In this document: positions 28,985-39,280 of the stretch, piece by piece
How positions within the stretch are numbered: the first letter of the stretch is position 1
Layout: every line of letters starts with the position of its first letter
Origin: an uncultured Poribacteria bacterium
GTDB lineage: Bacteria; Poribacteria; WGA-4E; WGA-3G
Length of the DNA: 64,000 bases
Direction: 5' to 3'
NCBI GenBank assembly: GCA_958296135.2
Contig: CATQHZ020000001.1
Coordinates: 4,480,001-4,544,000 of the forward strand
Program-made: the position numbers and the translations under genes
Notes under the pieces: model-generated
The model's input: only the letters and a program-made list of their open reading frames with translations
Told to the model about the DNA's origin: nothing
Databases searched by the model: none

Positions 28985-29198
28985 CGTTGATTCCCAATTC
29001 GGTCAGAATTTCGTGTTCTGTTTCAGACGTTATCGGAACAGGCAAGGGGGTGCTGATGGCGTATTCTTCGTTGAGCCATTTGCCCAGGTCTATCGCCTTG
29101 CACCGCGCGCTGCAGAAAGGGAAGTTTTTTGGCAAGGGTGTGCCTGCTTCCCAGACGAATTCGTAAACCGTTCCGCACATGCTACAAGTATGTTGCAT
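28965..29198 (-). CDS. yacG: DNA gyrase inhibitor YacG
   Basis: CSMCG...FPFCSARCKAIDLGKWLNEEYAI. Confidence 0.88.
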   Translation of the reverse strand: MQHTCSMCGTVYEFVWEAGTPLPKNFPFCSARCKAIDLGKWLNEEYAISTPLPVPITSETEHEILTELGINVDDGTE

Positions 29199-29350
29199 CT
29201 CTTTTTATCCTCAATCTTACCGAAAACGTTTTTGATGAAACCGCGGCACGGCGAGGGCCAAAAACGAAGGAAAGTCCCTCGCCCTACGGGTTAAAGGTAC
29301 CCCCCGCGGTACAGCAAGGAACAGGCCCTCACCAGCCGATGACGCGGGAG

Positions 29351-29944
29351 TTACCGATACAGTCGATGCTGATGGATATATTCCCGGACAGGTGCGGGGA
29401 CGAGGTATCGGATTGAACGTCCCTGCGCGATGCGTTCCCGAATCTCTGTCGCCGATATATCCACACCCGTTATCCGAAAGGTGGTAACGCGATTCCGCAC
29501 TGTGGGTGGCACGCGCGTCAGTTCATAATTCGGGCGCGTCGTCGCTATCATCATGCACCGGGCTAAGACTTCATCAAAATCCTTCCAGATTTGATATTCA
29601 ATGAGTGAATCCGCGCCGATAATCCAACCGATGTTGGCTGTGTCGCCGTAGAAGGTTTGCAAATCCTTCAATGTCTGGATGGTATATGAAGGCCCGGCGC
29701 GCTCTAACTCCATCCGTGACACCTCAAAGCGCGGGTTTTCAGCCGTGGCTAAGCACACCATCTGATAGCGGTGTTCTGGTGAGACGATGTCGGTTGCGTA
29801 TTTATGCGGCGGGCGCGCTGAGGGCATAAACAGGATTTTATCGTAGCCTAAACCCTCCCGCACCTGTTCCGCACTGAGCAGATGCGCGTAATGAATCGGG
29901 TTGAATGTGCCGCCCATGATGGCGATTTTCTCTCGGGTCTTCAT
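29351..29944 (-). CDS. nadD: Nicotinate-nucleotide adenylyltransferase
   Basis: GGTFNPIHYAH, SYTIQTL, IIGADS, ISATEIR. Confidence 0.95.
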   Translation of the reverse strand: MKTREKIAIMGGTFNPIHYAHLLSAEQVREGLGYDKILFMPSARPPHKYATDIVSPEHRYQMVCLATAENPRFEVSRMELERAGPSYTIQTLKDLQTFYGDTANIGWIIGADSLIEYQIWKDFDEVLARCMMIATTRPNYELTRVPPTVRNRVTTFRITGVDISATEIRERIAQGRSIRYLVPAPVREYIHQHRLYR

Positions 29945-30016
29945 ACCGCGTCCGCGCCTTGATAGTAAAGTATACAACTTTTTAGAAGAAAAATCAATGA
30001 AAAAACGCCGCGCTAC

Positions 30017-30076
30017 CGTAGGGTGAGGGCCCATCCCGCAATAGGAAGGAACGCGAGGGACAGGCCCTCGCGCTAC
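30017..30076. repeat. Family-A GTAG REP-like inverted doublet (representative; others near 6002, 6050, 7786, 8361, 11382, 29250, 31268, 38478, 41716, 45391, 46605)
   Basis: gtagggtgagggcccatcccgc...gcgagggacaggccctcgcgctac. Confidence 0.85.
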
Positions 30077-30091
30077 GAACCAAAAAGGTTT

Positions 30092-31177
30092 CTATCTTTC
30101 GCCGAGTGTTACCGCGTGCATCTGCACCCGTCCCTCCCGGTAGATTTTTAGGCGGACCTGCGTATTTGGCGAGGTGCTCATGACACACTGCAGCAGCTGC
30201 GGGTAATCTTCCACACGATGATTGTTGAACTCAAGGATAACGTCCTTGGGTAAAAGGCCGCTTTTGTGCGCCGGACCATCTTCAGTAACACGCGTGATGA
30301 AGACACCGGATTCGCCCACCTCAATCTGGACACCGAGCCAGCCGCGCGCGACCTTCCCGTGCGCGATGATTTCGTTCGCAAGCGCCGTGACTGTTTCGAT
30401 CGGAATAGCGAAAGTCACCCACCCTTGCGATACCGGTTGGACGTGAAATTTCGTGATGTGACTTCCTTCAACAACCGTCGGGAAACTCGGTGAGGATTCT
30501 GTCAGCACAGCAAGAATCATTCCGACAACTTCGCCTGCGGTATTGACTACCGCGCCGCCGCTGTTGCCGGGCGTGACAGGGGCGTTGATTTTGATGACTT
30601 CGGCGCAGGGGTGCTTAGGCAAGATGTCCCACCCACCGACGACACCGAACGAGATAATCGGGCTAGCACCGTAAGAGTTGCCCACCGTGACAACCCAAGA
30701 GCCGCTATCAATGTTGGAGGAATTGCCGGGGCGCATGTGGGGGCGCGAGCGGCCAGCGCCAGTGTTGACACGCAGCACGGCAATATCCATCATGATATCC
30801 TCGCCGAGCAGTTTGGCATCGGCACTGCTGCCATCGTGAAAGACGACTTCTACCTTGTGGACATCCGCGTCAAACGTCGTTGTGACAACGTGCCCGGCGG
30901 TGTCGATGACAATCCCGGAGCCGATGCTTTGCCGCGTCAGCACCGGTTTTTTCTGTGCATCCGGCGGGAATTGCGGCAATTCAATCTGATGTGTTGCCAC
31001 CACTTTGACAACCGCTGGGCGCGCAGACGCGACTACCTTCTGAAATTCTTCTTCAATCTGTTGTAGCATGTTACCCTGCGCAACACCTGGTGCAACGGCG
31101 TAAAAGAGCAGGCAGAGCAGTGCCAGCATCAGTAGCACAAGTGCTGGGTTGGTTAGATTCAAATTGTCAGGACGCAT
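30092..31177 (-). CDS. HtrA/DegP-like trypsin-PDZ protein (catalytic His apparently absent)
   Basis: GSGIVID, DIAVL, PGNSGGAVVN, RGWLGV PDZ; TTTF where TNxH is expected. Confidence 0.85.
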   Translation of the reverse strand: MRPDNLNLTNPALVLLMLALLCLLFYAVAPGVAQGNMLQQIEEEFQKVVASARPAVVKVVATHQIELPQFPPDAQKKPVLTRQSIGSGIVIDTAGHVVTTTFDADVHKVEVVFHDGSSADAKLLGEDIMMDIAVLRVNTGAGRSRPHMRPGNSSNIDSGSWVVTVGNSYGASPIISFGVVGGWDILPKHPCAEVIKINAPVTPGNSGGAVVNTAGEVVGMILAVLTESSPSFPTVVEGSHITKFHVQPVSQGWVTFAIPIETVTALANEIIAHGKVARGWLGVQIEVGESGVFITRVTEDGPAHKSGLLPKDVILEFNNHRVEDYPQLLQCVMSTSPNTQVRLKIYREGRVQMHAVTLGER

Positions 31178-31312
31178 GTGTTTATCCTCTGTGGCGCGGA
31201 TGAATTAAGTGAAAAGGCGTGCTTTCCGAAAATTATCCGATGTCATTCTGACACTTCATCAGCGGCACGGTGAGGGCGTATTGCCCTCGCCGAACGGTAA
31301 TAAAACTGGTGA

Positions 31313-31870
31313 CTACAGCCCTCCTTGTGTCGGAACGTTGGTGTAACTCACCTGCTTTAAGACGTAATGCTGCATCGGTTGCGATGAGATGCTGGTTCCG
31401 GCGAAGCCGGGAGGCACTGCCGGCCCGCGGGTGCGCGTCTCGCTGCGCGCTGGCGTGGCGCGTTCGGCAGGCAATTGCCGCGGCTGTTCCACGGTAGGTA
31501 TCGCGCGGCCTGGGTTCCGCTCAAACAGAGCACCCTGGTAAACGACGTAGGTAGTCGTCGTAGCGAAAACCAACAACAGCGCGCCGTATGCCCACCGTGG
31601 TAACGTGAACCCGTAGACAAGACGTTTCCAAAAGGGGACTGTGATGCGCGGCTCTTCGGCGAGCCGTTGGTGTAACGTCGCCATAAAGTGGGGCGAAGGC
31701 GCAACTTGCGGTAACGCCTCCACTTCGGTAATAGTTTGCGCGAACAGAACGTAGTCGCGCTGACATTCCCCGCATGCCTCGATATGCGCCTCAAAACTTC
31801 TTAAGGTTCGATAATCGATTTCGTCTTCAAGATGGGCGGAGAAGTGTTGCTCAGCCTGTAAGCAGTTCAT
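31313..31870 (-). CDS. Zinc-finger (ZAS) transmembrane anti-sigma factor
   Basis: HIEACGEC (HxxxCxxC), one TM segment, overlaps the sigma gene. Confidence 0.85.
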   Translation of the reverse strand: MNCLQAEQHFSAHLEDEIDYRTLRSFEAHIEACGECQRDYVLFAQTITEVEALPQVAPSPHFMATLHQRLAEEPRITVPFWKRLVYGFTLPRWAYGALLLVFATTTTYVVYQGALFERNPGRAIPTVEQPRQLPAERATPARSETRTRGPAVPPGFAGTSISSQPMQHYVLKQVSYTNVPTQGGL

Positions 31871-32475
31871 AATCTCTCCATGAAAGGTTTTAACTTATCC
31901 TTCAGCATGAGTCGAGCTCGGTTGATTCGAGATTTTGTCGTGCCGGGGCGGATTTCAAGCACCTCGCTGATTTCCTCGTAACTGAGGCCTTGAATATCGC
32001 GAAGCACCAGCGGCTCTCGATATTTTTCCGGTAACTCCGCGATGGCTTTTCGGAGCGCGTTGTGGAGTTCCTTGCGTTCAAGCACCACATCGGGTTGATA
32101 AGAGACATCGGCGGGCGCACTGGCGATGCGGTTCTCTGCATCCGCCGCTGCATCGCCCGGCTCCCCCTCGCTCACCGTGTTATCCACCCAATGCCGGCCA
32201 CGGCGGCCGCGGTCGCGGAGCTCGTTTTTGCACAAGTTCGACGCAATGTGATACATCCACGTGTTAAATTGCGCGTGCCCCGGCTTGTAACGAGGCGCCG
32301 CTTGGAAAATGCGGATGAACGTCTCCTGAGCCAAGTCCTCCGCACTGTCTCTGTCACCGATGAACCGCGCGATAAAATTGATGAGCGGCTGCTGATGTCG
32401 ACGGACTAAGAGCGTAAACGCGCTCTCATCACCTTTCTGAAAGCGTTCCATTAATTCATCGTCTAATTCAGGCAT
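31867..32475 (-). CDS. ECF sigma-70 factor
   Basis: AEDLAQETF, TWMYHIASN, GLSYEEISEVL, GTTKSRINRAR. Confidence 0.95.
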   Translation of the reverse strand: MPELDDELMERFQKGDESAFTLLVRRHQQPLINFIARFIGDRDSAEDLAQETFIRIFQAAPRYKPGHAQFNTWMYHIASNLCKNELRDRGRRGRHWVDNTVSEGEPGDAAADAENRIASAPADVSYQPDVVLERKELHNALRKAIAELPEKYREPLVLRDIQGLSYEEISEVLEIRPGTTKSRINRARLMLKDKLKPFMERL

Positions 32476-32654
32476 CAGTTCCCTCCATCGGTGCTTACTA
32501 TCTTATTATACACCTAACTACCGATTTAGTTGCATTTTTTTACATCTGCAGAACTTGACCTCGAAACGTTTTTCATGTTATGATGAAAATCGCGCAAAGA
32601 TGATAGCGAATTTTATCATATATACCCCAAAATGTCAATTTTCTGGAGGGAACT

Positions 32655-33224
32655 ATGTTTGAACAAGTTTTACAAGAAGTTGAGACGCAATGTCGGGAAG
32701 AACGCATCCCGATGTTAGGGCCCGAAAAGGCGGAATTTCTCGCCGCCCGCGTAGAAAAGGCCAAACCGACGCTGATTGTGGAGTGCGGGACAGCCATCGG
32801 CTACTCCGGACTCTGGATGCTGCGCGTATTGAAGCGGCTCGGCTCGGGACGCTTGATAACGGTGGAGATAGATGCAGACCGGGCACATCGCGCGCGTGAC
32901 AGCTTCAAACGTGCCGGCGTGGCAGACCTGGTTGATTCGCGCATCGGCGATGCACAAGAAGTGCTGAAAAGCATTGACACCCCGGTCGATTTTTTGCTCC
33001 TTGACAACAACTTCAGCAACTACTTTCCCTGCTTCCAAGCGATTGAATCGCGGTTAACGAACCCAGCCACGGTCCTCGCGGACAACGTCGGCATCGGTGC
33101 CAATGATATGGCAGATTACCTCGCGCACGTCCGCGACCGGTATGAGTGCGAGACACACTGGTTTGACATTGACTTGCCGTGGGTGAAACAGGACGCGATT
33201 GAGGTGAGTAGTTATCGGCGGTGA
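32655..33224 (+). CDS. Class I SAM-dependent O-methyltransferase
   Basis: VECGTAIGYSGLW, ITVEID, LADNV. Confidence 0.88.
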   Translation: MFEQVLQEVETQCREERIPMLGPEKAEFLAARVEKAKPTLIVECGTAIGYSGLWMLRVLKRLGSGRLITVEIDADRAHRARDSFKRAGVADLVDSRIGDAQEVLKSIDTPVDFLLLDNNFSNYFPCFQAIESRLTNPATVLADNVGIGANDMADYLAHVRDRYECETHWFDIDLPWVKQDAIEVSSYRR

Positions 33225-33300
33225 GCAAATAGGCGCGCTTGCAACGCGCGCCTACCAGGGTTTATGAAGCCCTACCGAGGATAGCGTGATGAGGACTTAC

Positions 33301-35955
33301 ATGAAATACGATTTTACCGATATTGCACGGCTACCTGCGCCAGGTGACAACGTTGCTATCGCGACGCAGCGGTTGGAAGCTGGCACCCAGATTCGCCACA
33401 ACGACAGCTCGTTTCGGCTGTCACACACGATTTTAGAGGGGCATCGTTTTGCCATCCAGCCTATCGCTGCGGAAGCACCGTTGCTGTCCTGGGGATTGCC
33501 GTTCGGTTTTGCCTCGGGCGCGATTGCCCCCGGCGATTACGTCTGCAATCAGAAGATGATTCAGGCGTTGACGATTCGGAACCTCGATTTCGCGCTGCCG
33601 GCGAGCCCCAATTTTCGCGATGCCATGGCGCCTTATACCCTAGACGCGGCAAAATTCCGCGCGGGACAGCAGGCGGCACGTTACGAACACCAACGCGCTT
33701 TTCTCGGCTATCCGCGGCCGGGGAAGCGCGGTGTCGGCACGCGGAACTACATCGTCGTGATGGGTACAACGTCGCGCACTGCCAGTTTTGCGCGACAACT
33801 CACCGATAAGTTTGCTGGCGTTGCCGAAGCGTACCCAAACATCGATGGCATCGTCGCCGTGGCACACACCGAAGGCGGCGAGAGCCAAAAACCGAATAAT
33901 CTGGAGATGCTCCTCCGAACCCTCGCCGGTTTCACCGTGCATCCGAACGTCGGCGCAATACTCCTGGTTGACTACGGGACTGAATCCGTTACCAACGAGA
34001 TGCTGGCGAACTACATGGCGCGCGAGGGATATGAGACAGACAATGTGCTTCACCAATTCTTTCACTTGCAGGGAAGTTTTGACGCGGACTTAGCCGGTGG
34101 GGCGGAGATTCTCAACAGCTGGCTTGAGAAAGTCAACGCTGTTGAACGAACAGCGCAACCGTTGGAAAAACTCAAAATCGCGTTGCAGTGTGGCGGTTCG
34201 GATGCGTTCTCCGGCGTCTCTGGCAACCCGCTCGCCGCTTATGTCGCGAAGGAGGTAATCCGTTACGGTGGGTGTGCCAACCTCGCGGAGACTGATGAAC
34301 TCATCGGCGCGGAGGCGTATGTGCTGCAGAATATCTGCGATCTGCCCACAGCGCGCAAATTCCTCAACACGATTGAGGACTTCAAGGAGCGAGCCGGGTG
34401 GCACGGACATTCTGCAGAAGGGAATCCATCGGGCGGCAACAATTTCAGGGGGCTCTATAACATCGCTATTAAGTCCATCGGCGCAGCGATGAAGCGGCAC
34501 CCGGATGTCTGCCTCGACTATGTCATCAACTACAGCGAGTTGATGGAAAAGCCAGGCTACTATTTCATGGATAGCCCCGGCAACGATTTAGAGAGCATCG
34601 CCGGGCAGGTGGCATCCGGGTCCAACATGATTTTCTTCGTGACAGGCAACGGCTCCATCACCAACTTCCCCTTCGTACCGACGATTAAGATTGTGACAAC
34701 AACGGGACGATACGAGATGCTGTCAAACGATATGGATGTGAACGCCGGTGAATATCTCGATGGCACGCCGATGGATGAACTCGGTGAGGAGATGCTAGAA
34801 CTGACGGTAGATGTCGCATCCGGCACGCGTTCGGTGGGCGAAAAAGCGGGGCATTCGCAAGTCTCGCTGTGGCGCGATTGGAAGCAGACAGGGCCCGCGG
34901 ATTTGGCTCCGGCACTGGAAGCATCGGCGTTGAAGTCAGGTGAACCGGTTGCAATTGGAACCGAGGCAGCAGCAACTCCCGCTGCCAAACAGACGTTCCG
35001 CGCCTTCCAAACAGCAGCCGGATACAGAACCGAGCAGCTCGGGCTCATCTTGCCGACAAGTCTCTGTTCCGGGCAAATTGCACAGATGATTGCGCATCGT
35101 TGCAACGAAAAAGGTATCGGCAAGGAGAAGGGTATCTCCCGATTTGTGGCACTGCCGCACACGGAGGGGTGCGGCGTTTCCAGTGGGCGTTCCGAGGAAA
35201 TTTACACCCGCACGATGATAGGCCACCTCACGCATCCATCCATCGCGCTCGGTTTGCTCCTCGAACACGGATGCGAGAAAACGCACAATGACCAGGTGCG
35301 CCACGACATCCTGCAACTCGGCATCTCTCCAGAACGATACGGCTGGGCAAGCGTGCAACTCGATGGCGGCATTGACGCTGTCATTGAGAAGGTGCAAGAC
35401 TGGTTTGAGGATACCCTCGTCAAGCAACCGAAGAACCCTGTCGTTGACGCGGCATTGGCGCACCTCTGTATCGGTATGATGTCAACAGGCGAATGCCCCG
35501 AAGGTTTGGCGGCGTTAACGCACACGATTGTCCGTGCAGGCGGAACCGTTGTCGTGCCAGCGAATGCGACGTTTCTTCCAGCACTGCACGCGCCTACCCC
35601 GACATTGGCGTACGGGCAAGCTGTCGAAAAGCCAGGGTTGCATATCATGGAGACACCGACAGACCAGCCGACAGAGACGTTGACTGGATTGGCCTCAACC
35701 GGTGTTGCACTGACACTGGCGCATGTCGTCGGTGCGCCGCTCCAATCGCATCAGATGGTGCCGCTCATTCAGTTGACTACCGACACCGCCACACAAGATA
35801 AATATGGTGACGACATGGATCTGGCTACCGATGATGTGGCAGCGATGCTGGCATGCGTTCTGGAGGTGGCTTCGCGTCGCTATACGCCAAAACTGCACGG
35901 CAAGGGGAACACGGATTTCCAATTGACGCGCGGGTTATTGGGGATTTCAATGTAA
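33301..35955 (+). CDS. UxaA/GarD-family sugar-acid dehydratase, SAF domain plus partially duplicated catalytic region
   Basis: DNVAIA SAF, VGTRNYI, HTEGG, LQCGGSDAFSG; second copy HTEGCG, EHGCEKT. Confidence 0.88.
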   Translation: MKYDFTDIARLPAPGDNVAIATQRLEAGTQIRHNDSSFRLSHTILEGHRFAIQPIAAEAPLLSWGLPFGFASGAIAPGDYVCNQKMIQALTIRNLDFALPASPNFRDAMAPYTLDAAKFRAGQQAARYEHQRAFLGYPRPGKRGVGTRNYIVVMGTTSRTASFARQLTDKFAGVAEAYPNIDGIVAVAHTEGGESQKPNNLEMLLRTLAGFTVHPNVGAILLVDYGTESVTNEMLANYMAREGYETDNVLHQFFHLQGSFDADLAGGAEILNSWLEKVNAVERTAQPLEKLKIALQCGGSDAFSGVSGNPLAAYVAKEVIRYGGCANLAETDELIGAEAYVLQNICDLPTARKFLNTIEDFKERAGWHGHSAEGNPSGGNNFRGLYNIAIKSIGAAMKRHPDVCLDYVINYSELMEKPGYYFMDSPGNDLESIAGQVASGSNMIFFVTGNGSITNFPFVPTIKIVTTTGRYEMLSNDMDVNAGEYLDGTPMDELGEEMLELTVDVASGTRSVGEKAGHSQVSLWRDWKQTGPADLAPALEASALKSGEPVAIGTEAAATPAAKQTFRAFQTAAGYRTEQLGLILPTSLCSGQIAQMIAHRCNEKGIGKEKGISRFVALPHTEGCGVSSGRSEEIYTRTMIGHLTHPSIALGLLLEHGCEKTHNDQVRHDILQLGISPERYGWASVQLDGGIDAVIEKVQDWFEDTLVKQPKNPVVDAALAHLCIGMMSTGECPEGLAALTHTIVRAGGTVVVPANATFLPALHAPTPTLAYGQAVEKPGLHIMETPTDQPTETLTGLASTGVALTLAHVVGAPLQSHQMVPLIQLTTDTATQDKYGDDMDLATDDVAAMLACVLEVASRRYTPKLHGKGNTDFQLTRGLLGISM

Positions 35956-35958
35956 TTG

Positions 35959-36125
35959 CTGTTCCCTGAAATCGCGACATATCTGGACAAGTCCGTATGA
36001 GTCTGTCCGATTTCTAAAGTTCCTGCTTCAGCACTCACCGCCTCCGAGTCACACCAGGTGTGCCTACTATGAGGTCTGACACGAGCTCCACAGGCGTTTT
36101 ACCTCTCCGTCAAACCAGCGGCGAG
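35959..36125 (-). ncRNA. Putative TnpB omegaRNA scaffold / element right end
   Basis: AAAACGCCTGTGGAG...GAAGCAGGAA...terminal hairpin GAAATCG/CGATTTC; blocks shared with the second tnpB locus. Confidence 0.65.
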
Positions 36126-37189
36126 GGTTCCAAATTCCTTGCAGCGTTCAAATCGCGGTCGATGCGCAACCCACAGTCACTGCAGTGATAGTCACGTTCC
36201 GATAACGTGAGGGTATCCTTCTTATGTCCACAAGCACTGCACGTCTTCGATGAAGCGAACCACTGAGAGGCTTCCTCAATCCGCAACCCTAATGCCGTCG
36301 CTTTCGTTTTCAGCATCGCTAGAAATCCCCCGAGTGCTGCGTCTGATAATGCCTTCGCCAAACGCCGGTTTTTCATCATACCTTTCACGTTCAGAGATTC
36401 GATACCGATTGCTGAGACACCTTTCACAATCGCCGTGCTTGCTTTGTGATGCGCGTCTTCGCGGATGCAAGCGATACGATAGTGGATACGAACAACACGT
36501 TCCTTCTTCTTCCACCAATTCTGACTACGATAGACTGAACGACTTAGGGCGCGTTGCGCACGGCGGAGTTGACGCTGATAACGGGCCAAGGCGCGTGGGT
36601 TTCCAAAGGTACGTCCATCAGAGCAAGTGGCGAGGGTGTTGATACCTACATCGATGCCCACGGTAGGCAACCCGCGTAAATCGGGTTTGGCTCGGGGCGT
36701 GGTTTCGACGAGCACCGATGCAAACCAACGATGCCCTCGCTTCTTGATAACAACGCGCATCACGTCGCCTTTGAACCGTAATGCTTCAAACGTCCGCACC
36801 CAGCCTATCTTCGGCAGGTAAAGCCGTTTACCTTCACATTTTATCGCATTGCGTTTATTGTCAACGCGAAACGATTGTTTACCCGACTTCCGCTTATACT
36901 TCGGAAACTTGGCGATTTTGTTTTTCCACCGTTGACACGCCGTGTTAAAATCATCGAAGACATGTGATGCCACGCGGGCGATGAGCGGTTTCTGCCATTC
37001 AAACTGTGTGTCTTTTACGGCGTTAAACCGAGTGCGCAATGTGCGGCCGTTCCGCCATTCGCCTGCTGTCAAGCCCGCTTTGAAATCGGACAAAGCATAG
37101 TTATAGACGAAGCGTCGGAATCCGGCATGCTGATGGAATTGTTGAACCTGCGCCACAGAGGGCCGCAAGGCAATATGATGAGTTTTCAT
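36110..37189 (-). mobile_element. tnpB: IS200/IS605/IS607-family RNA-guided endonuclease TnpB, no adjacent tnpA
   Basis: N-terminal HTH, RuvC GIDVG / IESL / DRDLNAA, zinc finger CSACG...CSDCG. Confidence 0.93.
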
Positions 37190-37392
37190 CGTGTGTTCCC
37201 GTATGCTGTGTGTCGCCTATATCATAAGGTGGGCAAAAGGTTTGTATCTCCCGTAGACGGGAGGACATACCGAAACACTTCGTATAGCACTTATGTTGGC
37301 GTTTATCACGATAAATCCGCTTTTATCACGATGTGTCTCGATTTTCGGGGGCTAGGAACGTCCTCCCAGATTGGCCACCTCTGTATTGGCTC

Positions 37393-38454
37393 TTACAACG
37401 GCAACGCAATCGGCGCGCCGATTTCAGAGGAGCGATACGTCGCCTCCGCCAATTCAATTCCATCGCGGCCGATGCGGCCGTGCGTTGTCGGCTGTTCCTC
37501 GCCGGCGATGCATCGGAGCCAATGATGAATGCTGGCCCCTTTGGCGGCGACACCCCAATACCGTTGCTCGCGCTGCGCCGCCGACATATTGCGATAGGTA
37601 TCATCGTCCGGCACCGGCGCGGTGAACTCTGCCGTTGATGCCATATCGTGTGTTTTCCACCGGAGCCCATGCCGTATGAGTGTCGCGGAACCGTTGCTTG
37701 TGACGAGGCCATTCCCGCTATTGCCAATCTCCGCCGCCCAACTCTTCATCATCATCCCCACGCCGCCGTTTTTGAAGTGCACGGTGAGGACAGCGTTGTT
37801 TTCCACAGCAGCGTCAGGTGCCGGATATGTGCCGCCGAGAGGGACATAGCTGGTGACACCGTAAACGGAAGTGGCAGGCCCATAGAGCCACAGCCAGATA
37901 TCAAGGTGATGAATCGCTTGCTCCACTAGCATCCCGCCGGATTCCGCCTTGACAAATAGCCACGGGTGTCGTTCCGGCGAAAACCAACCGACCTGGTTGG
38001 AATACGCCATCTGCAAGGTGCCGAGAGTGCCATCGTCTAGCAATGCCTTCAGTTTTTGATGCCCCGGGTCAAAGCGCATCATATATGCTACCATGAGGAG
38101 GACATCGGCGTTCTCCGCGGCGGCCACCATCTCGTCGCCCTCGGCGACGTTGCAGCACATCGGTTTCTCCATGAGGATATGTTTGCCTGCAGCTGCCGCG
38201 GCCAGCGTGATGTCGCGATGGGGACGGGGATGCACGCACACGTCTACCGCGTCAATATCCTTTCTATCGAGGAGCGCGCGGTAATCGGTATAAGCATCCG
38301 CACCGAATCGAGCCGCTTGTTCGGTGGCCGATGCTGCGTTAATGTCGGCGATAGCGACGATGTCGGCGCGCCGTGTCGGTTCTTCGTAATATGGGGCATG
38401 GAGGCTTCGGAAAATGCCGCCGCATCCAATAATGCCAACGCTGATTTTGTCCAT
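37393..38454 (-). CDS. Gfo/Idh/MocA oxidoreductase
   Basis: GIIGCGG, GKHILMEKP, SGGMLVEQAIHHLD. Confidence 0.92.
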   Translation of the reverse strand: MDKISVGIIGCGGIFRSLHAPYYEEPTRRADIVAIADINAASATEQAARFGADAYTDYRALLDRKDIDAVDVCVHPRPHRDITLAAAAAGKHILMEKPMCCNVAEGDEMVAAAENADVLLMVAYMMRFDPGHQKLKALLDDGTLGTLQMAYSNQVGWFSPERHPWLFVKAESGGMLVEQAIHHLDIWLWLYGPATSVYGVTSYVPLGGTYPAPDAAVENNAVLTVHFKNGGVGMMMKSWAAEIGNSGNGLVTSNGSATLIRHGLRWKTHDMASTAEFTAPVPDDDTYRNMSAAQREQRYWGVAAKGASIHHWLRCIAGEEQPTTHGRIGRDGIELAEATYRSSEIGAPIALPL

Positions 38455-38505
38455 GGGATGTCTCCTATTTTAGGGATTGCGAGGGACAAGCCCTCGCACT
38501 ACGGA

Positions 38506-39246
38506 CTACGGGCCACTTTTTTTGCGCAGGAGGGGCGGTGGGCTCTCATCCTCCAAGAGTGCAAGTGCTTCAGCGATAATCTCGTGTTGCAAAGCCGGAT
38601 TATTCGGTTCGCCGAGCGGGTGCCCGAATGGATACGGCACCAACAGCGCACGCGGCGGTTTCACATGCCTCGCGATGCTCTCAACAAGCGCAACAGAGAC
38701 CGTGGAGATGCCGACTTCTTCAACCGCACGTTGGATCAGGCCTACAGACTGATTGCACACCGGTCAAACCGGGGTCAGGAACGCAGCGTCCACGCCATCA
38801 CCTTTGAGAAGCCGCGCGACTTCCGGGGCAGTCTCATCAATTAGCCGTTGCGGTTTCACAATGGAGCCCATGAAACTGAAGTGTCTGTGATTGAGGCACC
38901 CGATTGTGCCATCGCGTTCTAGCTCGCGGAACCTGTCTAGCGGAAAGACGAGGTTCGCGTCAAGTTTGGTATCGCTGGTATCGTAAGCACGGCTTTGATG
39001 CGCGATAGCGACGCTTTGCGTTTCAACGGTGTTCGGTATTTCACGATATGAACAATCGCCGCCCGAGATGGTTTCATCGAAAGGCGGTTGCTCGTCTAGG
39101 TAGAAACCGGCAGTAGTCACCAGCGCGACGCGGCACCCGCTCAGCGGCAAACGGAGCGGCGCGTGCGGGACGGTGTCATACCTTTGATAGCGGTAAGCCT
39201 TCATAAAAAGACGTAAACGGAGACTCAGTTCGTTAAAAGATGCGAT
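38506..39246 (-). CDS. Glycine/sarcosine/betaine/D-proline reductase selenoprotein B (PrdB-like), in-frame UGA read as Sec
   Basis: ORFs 38764..39294 and 38506..38760 are in one frame: AFLTPV-TGA-PVCNQSVGLIQR = UxxC; RVALVTTAG, VFPLDR, FSFMG; SECIS-like hairpin follows the UGA; start uncertain. Confidence 0.85.
38727..38766 (-). promoter_or_regulatory. Putative bacterial SECIS element
   Basis: About 10 nt after the UGA: AUCAGUC-UGUA-GGC(C)UGAU hairpin with GU in the apical loop. Confidence 0.65.
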
Positions 39247-39280
39247 GGGTTTACCTCGTTTGTTGTAGCTGCCTTGGCTC

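Noticed and set aside
36110-37189. Nuclease-dead TnpB (TldR-like regulator) or Cas12f
   Set aside because: All three RuvC acidic residues are present in both TnpBs and there is no CRISPR array
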